A stretch of DNA of 64,000 nucleotides from Macrostomum lignano. Lineage: Eukaryota. A program made the translations under genes and the position numbers. Below are positions 47,661 through 57,956 of the stretch, one piece after another. Below the pieces are notes generated by a model. The model saw only the letters and a program-made list of their open reading frames with translations. It was not told where the DNA came from and searched no databases. The stretch is taken from positions 186,001 through 250,000 of the forward strand of contig NIVC01000151.1 of NCBI GenBank assembly GCA_002269645.1, given 5' to 3'. Each line of letters begins with the position of its first letter. Within the stretch, counting starts at the first letter, position 1.

Positions 47661-47732
47661 TCAGAACCGGGCTGGCAGCGGGCCCAGCTTCAGGCCGCTC
47701 TTGAAGGCTGCCACATCCGTGATGACGGAGCC
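47661..47732 (-). CDS. IDE: IDE exon 8 (terminal)
   Basis: CCAAG|GSVITDVAAFKSGLKLGPLPARF* aligns with IDE VIQNMTEFKRGLPLFPL. Confidence 0.82.
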   Translation of the reverse strand, partial: GSVITDVAAFKSGLKLGPLPARF

Positions 47733-47822
47733 CTTGGAGTGAACAAAATACAATTTCATCAGAGCTGATTAAGAATCATGAATGCTACTATCAGTAAGCA
47801 GTCAGGAGAATTCTGGACTCAC

Positions 47823-47930
47823 CGGGTAGCCCTCATACTTGTCCTCCTGCACAGCGGGACCGAATGACTTCTGCGAGATCACGTGAATGGCGAGCTTGCG
47901 CCTGCGGAGTGAATCCTTGGCCACCCAGGT
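47823..47930 (-). CDS. IDE: IDE exon 7
   Basis: CGCAG|TWVAKDSLRRRKLAIHVISQ...YP|GTGAGT, cf. IDE APRRHKVSVHVL. Confidence 0.85.
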
Positions 47931-47959
47931 CTGCGGGGTCGAAATTCGGTCACAGTTCA

Positions 47960-48640
47960 GTAAATGAGGTCATGAGTCAGTGAATGAGGTCATGAGTTAG
48001 TGAAGGAAGATGTGACTCAATGAATGAGGTCATCAACCTGTGAATGAGGTTATGAGCCAGTGAATGAGGTCATGAGCCAGTGAATGAGGTCATCAGCCAG
48101 TGAATGAGGTCATCAGCCAGTGAATGAGGTTGTGAGTCAGTGAATGAGATCATGAGTCAGTGAATGAGGTTGTGAGTCAGTGAATGAGGTTGTGAGTCAG
48201 TGAATGAGGTTGTGAGTCAGTGAATGAGGTTATGAGCCAGTGAATGAGGTCATGAGCCAGTGAATGAGGTCATCAGCCAGTGAATGAGGTTGTGAGTCAG
48301 TGAATGAGATCATGAGTCAGTGAATGAGGTTGTGAGTCAATGAATGAGGTCATGAGTCAGTGAGTGAGGTCATGAGCCAGCGAATGAGGTTGTAAGTCAG
48401 TGAACGAGGTCATGAATCAGTGAATGAGGTCATGAATCAGTGAATGAGGTCATGAATCAGTGAATGAGGTCATGAATCAGTGAATGAGGTCATGAATCAG
48501 TGAATGAGGTCATGAATCAGTGAATGAGGTCATGAATCAGTGAATGAGGTCATGAATCAGTGAATGAGGTCATGAATCAGTGAATGAGGTCATGAGTCAG
48601 TGAGTGAGGTCATGAGCCAGCGAATGAGGTCATAAATCAG
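47960..48640. repeat. 20-bp minisatellite, IDE intron 6
   Basis: Unit AGTGAATGAGGTCATGAATC. Confidence 0.93.
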
Positions 48641-48667
48641 AAAAAAGTCATGGCTTTGGGCGCTCAC

Positions 48668-49187
48668 CCGATAAAAGTCAAGCAGCTCCTCGTGGCGCAG
48701 TGGGCCAGCCTCGACCGCCGACTGCTCGGAGGTGCCACCGGGCGGGAGCAGCAGCGCGGCCAGCCGGTCCGGCCGGTCGAAGCAGGCGGCGCCGCTGGCG
48801 ATCTCCGCCCAGTCAGCGGCGCTCCGGCCGGACAGCCGCTTCGGCCGCTCCAGCAGGCGGGCCCGCAGCGCCTCCGCGTGGTCTCGCAGCTCCGCCGGCG
48901 TCATGGCGGCCAGCAGCGGCCCCGCGGCCTCCACGAATTCGTCGATGCGACTCTCCAGCTCGGCCGGGTGGCGCTCCGACTGCACGCAGAAGCTCAAGCC
49001 GCAGGCGGCGACGCCGGGCCGCTCGGCCAGCTGCACCAGGTAGCCGAGCTGCTGCTGAGTGCGCAGCGAGTTGAAGAATCGCTCCTTCAGCGACTGCACC
49101 AGCAGCTTCGTCAGCGCCTGCCTGCGCAGCTGGCCCTCCGGGGTGGTCGCCGGCTCCACCTGAAAGTACACCACGCAGGCTGACGAC
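48668..49187 (-). CDS. IDE: IDE exon 6
   Basis: SSACVVYFQ...FFNSLRTQQQLGYLV...LSFCVQSERHPAELESRIDEF...LLERPKRLS...WAEIASG...FDR; TGCAG| acceptor, CGG|GTGAGC donor. Confidence 0.9.
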
Positions 49188-49201
49188 CTGCAGGCGGCGT
49201 G

Positions 49202-50972
49202 ACTATTTAAATGTGTCCACAAGTGTCTATTTAAATGTGTCCAGAAATGTCTATTTAAATGTGTCCACAGTGTGTCTATTTAAATGTGTCCACAAGTGTC
49301 TATTTAAATGTGTCCACAAGTGTCTATTTAAATGTGTCCACAAGTGTCTATTTAAATGTGTCCACAAGTGTCTATTTAAATGTGTCCACAAGTGTCTATT
49401 TAAATGTGTCCACAAGTGTCTATTTAAATTTGTCCACAGTGTGTCTATTTAAATTTGTCCACAGTGTGTCTATTTAAATGTGTCCACAAGTGTCTATTTA
49501 AATGTGTCCGCAGTGTGTCTATTTAAATGTGTCCACAAATGTCTATATAAATGTGTCCACAAGTGTCTATTTAAATGTGTCCACAAGTGTCTATTTGAAT
49601 GTGTCCACAAATGTCTATATAAATGTGTCCACAAGTGTCTATTTAAATGTGTCCACAAGTGTCTATTTAAATGTGTCCACAAGTTTCTATTTAAATGTGT
49701 CCACAAGTGTCTATTTGAATGTGTCCACAAATGTCTATTAAATGTGTCCACAAGTGTCTATTTAAATGTGTCCACAAGTTTCTATTTAAATGTGTCCACA
49801 AGTGTCTATTTAAATGTGTCCACAAGTTTCTATTTAAATGTGTCCACAAGTTTCTATTTAAATGTGTCCACAAGTGTCTATTTAAATGTGTCCACAAGTT
49901 TCTATTTAAATGTGTCCACAAGTTTCTATTTAAATGTGTCCACAAGTTCTATTTAAATGTGTCCACAAGTGTCTATTTAAATGTGTCCACAAGTGTCTAT
50001 TTAAATGTGTCCACAAGTGTCTATTTAAATGTGTCCACAAGTGTCTATTTAAATGTGTCCACAAGTGTCTATTTAAATGTGTCCACAGTGTCTATTTAAA
50101 TGTGTCCACAAGTGTCTATTTAAATGTGTCCACTAGTGTCTATTTAAATGTGTCCACAAGTGTCTATTTAAATGTGTCCACAAGTGTCTATTTAAATGTG
50201 TCCACAAGTGTCTATTTAAATGTGTCCACAAGTGTCTATTTAAATGTGTCCACAAGTGTCTATTTAAATGTGTCCACAAGTGTCTATTTAAATGTGTCCA
50301 CAAGTGTCTATTTAAATGTGTCCACAAGTTTCTATTTAAATGTGTCCACAAGTTTCTATTTAAATGTGTCCACAAGTTTCTATTTAAATGTGTCCACAAG
50401 TGTCTATTTAAATGTGTCCACAAGTGTCTATTTAAATGTGTCCACAAGTTTATATTTAAATGTGTCCACAAGTGTCTATTTAAATGTGTCCACAAGTGTC
50501 TATTTGAATGTGTCCACAAGTGTCTATTTAAATGTGTCCACAAGTGTCTATTTAAATGTGTCCACAAGTGTCTATTTAAATGTGTCCACAAGTGTCTATT
50601 TAAATGTGTCCACAAGTGTCTATTTAAATGTGTCCACAAGTGTCTATTTAAATGTGTCCACAAGTGTCTATTTAAATGTGTCCACAAGTGTCTATTTAAA
50701 TGTGTCCACAAGTGTCTATTTAAATGTGTCCACAAGTGTCTATTTGAATGTGTCCACAAGTGTCTATTTAAATGTGTCCACAAGTGTCTATTTAAATGTG
50801 TCCACAAGTGTCTATTTAAATGTGTCCACAAGTGTCTATTTAAATGTGTCCACAAGTGTCTATTTAAATGTGTCCACAAGTGTCTATTTAAATGTGTCCA
50901 CAAGTGTCTATTTAAATGTGTCCACAAGTGTCTATTTAAATGTGTCCACAAGTGTCTATTTGAATGTGTCCA
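49202..50972. repeat. 24-bp minisatellite, ~74 near-identical copies, filling ~97% of IDE intron 5
   Basis: Unit AAGTGTCTATTTAAATGTGTCCAC. Confidence 0.97.
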
Positions 50973-51014
50973 CCACTACAAGTTTGCAATAATGTCCAAA
51001 AGTCCCCAGCGCAC

Positions 51015-51315
51015 TTGTGATGTTCAGCGGCCAGGCAGCGCAGCAGGTGGTGGCGGCGTGCGTCTCCGGCCTCGGGCAGCAGGACGTCCCGCTGTCGGTG
51101 CGGCTGCTGCTCTGGCGGCTGAGGCCGGCCCTGGCTGCCATCGGCGGCTGCTGCGTGGCGCCGCAGAGTCTGGGCGATGCCGCCGCCGGCGGCGACCACC
51201 TGCTCGACCTCGGCGTTGCCGCAGGCGAAAGCCAGGAGGAAGCGCGGCCGGCCACCGGCGGCTGCAGGGAGCAACTGGCAGCGGGCGAACTCGGCAGCGG
51301 CTGCCGGGGTGGCGC
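51015..51315 (-). CDS. IDE: IDE exon 5
   Basis: CGCAG|...RFLLAFACGN (IDE HIEALLHGN)...EHH AA|GTGCGC; phases 1/2 fit both neighbours. Confidence 0.8.
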
Positions 51316-51426
51316 CTGCGGGGGCAGAGAGCCAGAGACGCAGCCAGTGAGGAGGCCAGCAGGAAGCCCTTTAGCGCGAGAGTCAGACGCTTGAGCTGCT
51401 CTGCCCCAGCTAAACCGATTTCTCAC

Positions 51427-51547
51427 CTTCAATGGCGTCCAGGCGCTGCTGGTGCGTCCAGACAAGGCTGCAGCAGAGGACGGACTGGTGGAACAGGCAC
51501 TGCTGCAGCGGCTGCTCCAGGGCGAAGTTCTTCAGGCTTTTTCGGTA
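51427..51547 (-). CDS. IDE: IDE exon 4
   Basis: CGCAG|YRKSLKNFALEQPLQQCLFHQSVL...WTHQQRLDAIE G|GTGAGA, cf. IDE [20 protein letters not shown]. Confidence 0.88.
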
Positions 51548-51604
51548 CTGCGGGACCGGACAGTCATTGGCTGAGTGAAATTTACTGGCTCGGTTCTCTC
51601 AGAC

Positions 51605-51803
51605 ACAGCGGCTCACACTCGGACACCCAGCAGAAACTCACGCACTCGGACACCCAGCAGAAACCCACACACTCGGACACCCAGCAGAAACTCACACACT
51701 CGGACACCCAGCAGAAACCCACACACTTGGACACTCAACAGCAGCTCACACACTCGGACACCCAGCAGCAGCTCACACATTCGGACACCCAGCAGCAGCT
51801 CAC
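51605..51803 (-). repeat. 27-bp array whose unit begins with the IDE exon 3 donor
   Basis: Unit GTGAGCTGCTGCTGGGTGTCCGAGTGT, ~7 copies, starting at the first intron base. Confidence 0.88.
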
Positions 51804-52439
51804 CCGCTCAATCACGCTGTCGAATCTCAGCTGCTCGACCTCTGGCCGGCTCAGGCGGTCCAGCACGGCCTCCAGCAGGGCCGGCAGACGGTGGCCGAAG
51901 CCCTGAATGCTCAGCGAGATCCCCTCGGCGCAGGCGGCCAGGGAGGCGGACAGGCCGGCCAGCTGGGCGTCGTACAGCACCGGGTTGAGGGCGTCCGACA
52001 TCAGCTGGCAGTGCAGCTGGGAGTTGGCCGCAGAAAATGCGTCGGACCAGGCGTCCGGCGTTGCCATGACAACGGTGAGACAGAGCTTCGGCAGGCAGTA
52101 CTGCGCGTCGGCCCGGTGCCAGAGCCGCAGGCCAGCCTCCTCCAGCACCACCCGGGGCGGCGGCGAGCCGGGCGGGGCGGCGATCAGGGCGAACTGGCTG
52201 GGGATGAACGGGTTGGGGTCCGGGAGGCGCAAGTCGGACAGGAGGCTGTCCGCCCCATCAGCAGGGGCGTCACCGTTGTAGAGAGCGAGGCAAGCGGCCA
52301 GAAGGTCGGGCGGCAGCGGCTGCAGGCGATGCCGGACTCCGTAAATCGGCTCGACGCAACCGTCGGGCGGGCAGTGCGGCTCGAAGGCCTTGGAGACGGC
52401 GAATACCTTGCAGCGGTGCGGGTGCAGCTGGTCCAGCAC
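51804..52439 (-). CDS. IDE: IDE exon 3
   Basis: VLDQL...VEPIYG...LRLPDPNPFIPSQF...RLWHRADAQYCLPK...DALNPVLYDAQLAGLS...ISLSIQGF; CGCAG| acceptor, CGG|GTGAGC donor. Confidence 0.93.
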
Positions 52440-52562
52440 CTGCGGTAGCGAACGGATAAAGACCAGGGGCTGAGGATAAAGACTATTTAGAGAAGAAAAA
52501 AGCAGACTTAGAAGCAGGAAGGATTGTGGATAAAAGACCGCGTGAGAATTGCACTTGCCATA

Positions 52563-53010
52563 CTAGCTCATGAATGCCAGCTCATAAATGCCAGCTCATA
52601 AATACCAGCTCATGAATGCCAGCTCATGAATGCCAGCTCATGAATGCCAGCTCATGAATGCCAGCTCATAAATACCAGCTCATGAAAACCATATAATGAA
52701 TGCCAGCTCATGAATACCTGCTCATGAATGCCCGCTTATGAATGACTGCTTATGAATGCCAGCTGATCAATGCCAGCTCATGAATGCCAGCTGATCAATG
52801 CCAGCTCATGAATGCCAGCTGATCAATGCCAGCTCAGGAATGCCAGCTCATGAATGCCAGCTCAGGAATGCCAGCTCATGAATGCCAGCTCAGGAATGCC
52901 AGCTCATGAATGCCAGCTCATGAATGCCAGCTCATGAATGCCAGCTCATGAATGCCAGCTCATGAATGCCAGCTCATGAATGCCAGCTCAGGAATGCCAG
53001 CTCATGAATG
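52563..53010. repeat. 14-bp minisatellite, IDE intron 2
   Basis: Unit ATGAATGCCAGCTC. Confidence 0.93.
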
Positions 53011-53025
53011 ACATCAAAGACGAAC

Positions 53026-53443
53026 CTCAGCAATGAGCTCCGGGGCGAACTCGGTGACAAGGCAGTCGGCGGTGAGCAGCTGGGGCATCGGGTAAGTCAG
53101 CAGCCGCCTGGCCAGTCGCTGGGTGGCCTCGGCCGACGGCTCGCGGTCCCGGTAGCGAAAGGCCAGCGCCGCCAAGTCGCTGAGCTCGCGGTGCACCCAG
53201 GCCTGCGGCCCCGCCCGGCGCAGCTGCCCGACGCATTGGAAAACGGCGCGCAGGACGGCTGCCCGGTTGGCCAGGCCGGCCTCCGTGAGGTCCGCCGACA
53301 CGCGGAAAAAGTCGAAGCCGGCGGCGCCGCCTCCGCAGCCGGCGGAGAGGCCGTTTGCCCAGCCGCGACGCTTCAGGCACGCCAGCAGGCTGCCCGCGGA
53401 CTCGTGGCCAAGCAGGTGGCTCGCGTAGTGGGCCGGCTGGGAG
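53026..53443 (-). CDS. IDE: IDE exon 2
   Basis: SSQPAHYASHLLGHESAGSLLACLKRRGWANGL, cf. IDE [28 protein letters not shown]; TGCAG| acceptor, GAG|GTTCGT donor. Confidence 0.92.
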
Positions 53444-53611
53444 CTGCAGAAGAACGAGGGGGAATTATCAGTGATTGTCAGGAAGGGATTATCTGGGGTC
53501 AGGGATAATCGGAGGGATTATCAGGGAGGGATTATCAGAGAGGGATTATCTGTGATCAAGGATTATCAGGAAGCAGCTCATCTGATCGAGGAAGCAGCTC
53601 ATCGGGCCCAC

Positions 53612-54531
53612 CTGAACTGCTCCGTGTAGTCCTTCATCGGAAAGACGACTTCGAGTTTCTGAATGTCCCGCAGCGGCACCATCTGTACCTCGACGCCGCA
53701 GTCAGTGCCGTCGTAGGGATGCGACTCCCAACTGGGCATCGGCAGCTGCTTGTTGGCGACGCCGGAGAAGGCGGCCACAATGAGCTGCTGAAGCTGGTCG
53801 AGCGACTCGCGGCCCAGAACCGCCACCGCGGTGAGGTTAGCCGAGTAATTCTCCGAGTGAAATTGCAGCAGTCGCTGGCGCAGCTCAGCAGCCTTGGAGG
53901 CGTCGGGCAGCAGGGTCTCCAGACAGCCAGTCGAGTATTTGCTGTAGTCGTGCTGCGGATTGGCCAGGTGGTGGTCCAGCCGCAGCAGCCGCCTGGCATC
54001 GATGGGGATGTTCTTGGCGTGCTCGGAGTGCACGGCGTTCACCTCGCGGACGGTGGCGGACTCGGTGAACAGCGGCTCGGTGAAGAACTGGCCGAGACGG
54101 TCCAGGGCCTCCGGCAGGTGCTCCGGCGCGATGTCGAAGTAATAGCGCGTGAACTCCGCCGAGGTGACGGCGTTGCGCACTCCGCCGTGCTCGTTGATGA
54201 AGCGCAGGAAACTGTTCTCATCCGGGTATCTGGCGGTGCCCAGGAACAGCATGTGCTCGCAGAAGTGCGCCAGGCCCTGCAAGCTGCGGGGGTCGCGCAA
54301 CGCGCCGGTTCGAACGCAGGCAGTGGCCGCCGACTTGTCTGCGTCGGGGTCGCTGATCGCCACCGCGCGCAGGCCATTGGCGAGCAGCAGGCAGCGATAG
54401 CTGCGTCTGTCCTCCGTGGACTTTTCAATTTCATTCAGCACCAGCTGCGGGTTGCCTGTGGAGCTGCTGGATAAGTCTCTGGATGCTGCAGCTGCACTGC
54501 CAGTGGCCGCTGCTGCCACTGTTCCTATCAT
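53612..54531 (-). CDS. IDE: Insulin-degrading enzyme (M16A metallopeptidase) exon 1; full model 1031 aa
   Basis: IEKSTEDRRSYR.L.LANGL, DKSAA, GLAHFCEHMLFLGT (intact inverted HxxEH), REVNAVHSEH; donor AG|GTGGGC. The eight exons sum to 3096 nt, in frame. Confidence 0.96.
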
Positions 54532-54644
54532 AGTAGTTAGTCTCTGAAGCTGAATTGGGTGGTAATTTAATGCATTTAGTTTTCTGGGACATATTGATTA
54601 CTTAAGACAAAAAGGTTGCTTAAAGTTAATGTAACAATTGCTCG

Positions 54645-57600
54645 CAGTGTTGCCACACCTGCGCTTTTTTAGCGCATCTGCGCTTTTTACAGTACCTGCG
54701 CTATTGCGCTTTTTCTGTTTCTTCTGCGCTAAATTTTTTTCTTGCTTTGTGTGACTGTAACTGACGATTTTCTCATCAAAATTATGTACTTGCAAAGTTT
54801 TGTTAAGAGAATATATGACAATGGACGAATCGACAGCTTACTTTGCTCACTGGTTAACGAAACAATGTGTTTTGCAACTTTCTGTTATTTTTCAGTCTCA
54901 TTTTAAATAATTTTCTTTTTTCGTTACCTTTATTAGTAGTAGTTGAAGTGGTTTTGGATAGGTCATAGGTGGGGCTCAATTGCTTTATTAAAGTAAAACC
55001 TAAATAATTTCAGCTGTAAAGCCTACTAAATGCGTGAAACCCAGTGGAATGCTGAGTGGTTAAAGAAGCTCGACAAGAATGGTCGAGTGATTGAAAGCTG
55101 GTGCTCTCTGGGGAAGCTCACTGGAGAAGCAGATTGTAACCTGTGCCGGACAAGCTTTTCATTCACACAAAAAGGGCATTTCGGCTCTGTACCAGCACTC
55201 AATCACAGCAAAGCATGTTTCGCTCTCTAAATCGTGTCCAGGAAGTGTCACTGGGAGCCAGGCACAGGCAGCTATCACATCATTTTTTGCAAGCCAGCCG
55301 CCAGTCACGTCAACTACTATAGCAACAGCAGCTCCACGGGCTGGTGATTTGACACTGGCTGCTTGTCTTCGGTTGCTTTTTGTGGTTGTCAAGAAGAATC
55401 TGTCAATCAGCGTAATGGACGAATTGGTGCCTGCGATGCCCGCAAGTTTTCCCGACAGCGGCATAGCGAAGTCAATGACATGTGGGCGAACAAAGGCAAC
55501 CTACCTTATCAATGAGGCGCTTGCTCCATATGCCAAGGAGTCTATGCTGCAGACTCTGCGGCAGAATCCCTTCTCTATACTGCTGGATGAAGGCACAGTG
55601 CGCGATCGATCTTGGCTTGTTGTTCTTTTTTTCAAGGGTTTTTTCAATCGAGCATAAGAAGGTGTTGCTCACTTTCGTTGGCCTGGAGGAGCTGAGAGAT
55701 GCATCAGCTGAAGGACTAAAGACGCTGCTTTTGTCACTGCTTAAAACTGCAAAACTGCCGTTGCCAAACGTACTGTCAATAATGACAGATTCCTGCAATG
55801 CCATGCGAGGTAGACTAGTATACGAGCGTAAATAGTTAAATGCTTTACCACTACTGACGTAATGCGCACAGCAGTACAGTAACTGTATCACACTTTTCTT
55901 TCAGGTGCTCAAAATGGACTTCTTGCGAAGTTGAAGAGTCATCATCTGCCGCATCTCATTGATACTGGCGGGTGTAGCCTACACCACGTCCACAACGCTG
56001 TCCAATATGCTGTGCATGCACTTGACAGCGAAGGTGAAGCGGAAGGTCTGATGGACGATGTGTACAATTTTTTTCGCTTTTCTGGAAAGCGAGCTGAGTT
56101 AAAGGAGGTACGTTAAAAGTTTCCTTTTTAGAGGGCTAGACTAGAGGGCTGGCTGTGGGCCTGTTGCTGTCAGACGATATCCGGAATGATAAGCGATAAT
56201 GTACTTTAATATTTTTATCATTTTAGCTGCAAGACGCTATGGACATTGCCCAGCACGTTTTTCTCCGACGCGTCGAGACTCACTGGCTGCAGGTGCTGCC
56301 TGTTGTACGACGTCTGTTGGAGCAGTGGCCTGTGCTACTGCAATTATTCTCCAACTTGAACACTGAGGCAATCAAGCTCAAGTCCCGGGCGCGTGCCCAG
56401 AGGATTAAGTCGGCATTGAACGACTCGGTCAAGGCCCAGCTCCAATTTCTGGAGCAAGTTCTTACGCACTGCGAAGCTTTCGAGACAGTCTTTCAGCGCG
56501 AAGCAACGCAAGTTCATCAGCTGGCGAGCACTCTGGACAGTCTCTGCAGCAAAATTCTTATGAGCTTTGTCTCCGAAGACGTTGTTCGCGATACCAGGTC
56601 CCTAACTGACCTGGTAAACAAGGCCAAAGAGCGTGGCTCCCAGGTGCAGAATACGAAGTTAGCAATCGGAAGCGCTACTCGAGAGACGGTCAAAAAGTTG
56701 TCCGCAATAGAACAAATCGGATTCTACAAGAGTGTCCGAGACTTTTATGGAGAGATCATCAATCGGCTGTTTTCCTACTTGCCACTCAATAACCGCGTTC
56801 TGCATGCGATGTCTTTTCTTGACCCCAAAGTAATCACGGGGGTTGAGTTCGATTTCGATAAAACAGTCTTGCGCGCCACTAAAGCAATGCCTACTGTCAT
56901 TCCACCGGAACAGCTGGACAATTTGCGAATTGAGACAACGAGCCTTCGGGTCAGCTCATCTGAAGCTGATTTCGATGACGGTTTGATTCCTGAGCATTTC
57001 TGGTCTCAGTTGTCTTCTGAGAAATATCCGCTGTTGACTAAGCTTGCCCAGAGTGCTTGCTGTATTCCACATGGCAATGCCGACAGCGAGCGTGTGCTGA
57101 AGTGGGTGTCAAGCAACCTGACTAAAGAGTGCAACAAGCTCAGCGATGTCACCCTAGATTCGCTGCTGACTGTCAAGACGTGGCTCAAGCTCTCAGTTGG
57201 TGTCAGTTGGGTGTTGGAAGTTATGATCACTCCCACACTACTTGAAGCCGGATTTGCGGCTTGTGTGAAGGCAGATGACTGGGAAGAACAAGGAGAAAAT
57301 GGCCAAGTTTCAGGCTGAGCTAGATAAGCACCGGCGTGATGTGGCGGAGTGGGAGAAGGCGGCAGAAAGGGATCGGCTGGAGCAAGAAGATATGGTGCGG
57401 CAGCAGCAAAACATCGATGAGATGCGGAAGCAGGCACGGGAGATGCTTGCGCAAGCAGACCAGCAAGAGGGCATTTTGAGGAAGAGCACCAGTCGTAGTT
57501 CTAGTAATGCTGTTAATCAGAAGAAGCAGCGTAGGAACTAGAAAGTAAATTAGCAAAGTGCTTTGACTTTTGTGACTGACTATTAATTATTCTTTAAATT

Positions 57601-57956
57601 GATAAATGATTCAATGGGGCAATTTTTTTCATCTTTTTGTGCCTTGTAAAGTTTTGAGGATGTGTCATGTGTCGATTGATGAATGATGCAAGTCAATATT
57701 CATTGAAACTACTTTAAATATAACCGATCGTATATATCTTTCATCTTTTTGCACTTTGTGAATTGTGAGGTACTCGTAGTTTTAAACAATTTTTAAGCAA
57801 AAAAATAAACAAAACTAGTAAATTGGAAAATATAGTGCACTACTTCTGACATTATTTGTTGGCTTAATTTTTTCAGTGTATTTTAATGAAGTATATGTGC
57901 TGCGCTATTTTTTTAAGCCTGCACTAAATTTTTTATGAAAGTCTATGGCAACACTG
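54645..57956 (+). mobile_element. Full-length hAT DNA transposon (3.3 kb)
   Basis: TIR CAGTGTTGCCA at 54645 and TGGCAACACTG ending at 57956; flanks AATTGCTCG / AATTGCTGG; subterminal CTGCGCT motifs at both ends; internal transposase. Confidence 0.88.
55030..57541 (+). pseudogene. hAT transposase with two introns (55810-55904, 56108-56226) and three +1 frameshifts as assembled
   Basis: BED finger CNLC...H....KH, FSILLDE, IMTDSCNAM, GCSLHH, THW (normally TRW), PHGNADSERV. The introns are GT-AG and phase-compatible; shifts near 55170, 55635 and 57265. Confidence 0.82.

Noticed and set aside
49213-50992. VSTSVYLN / WTHLNRHL repeat proteins
   Set aside because: A 24-bp array inside IDE intron 5; the frames stay open only because the unit length is a multiple of 3.
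50992-54474. Plus-strand ORFs overlapping IDE (and those opposite PP2C at 18922-22439)
   Set aside because: Antisense shadows of GC-rich coding exons.
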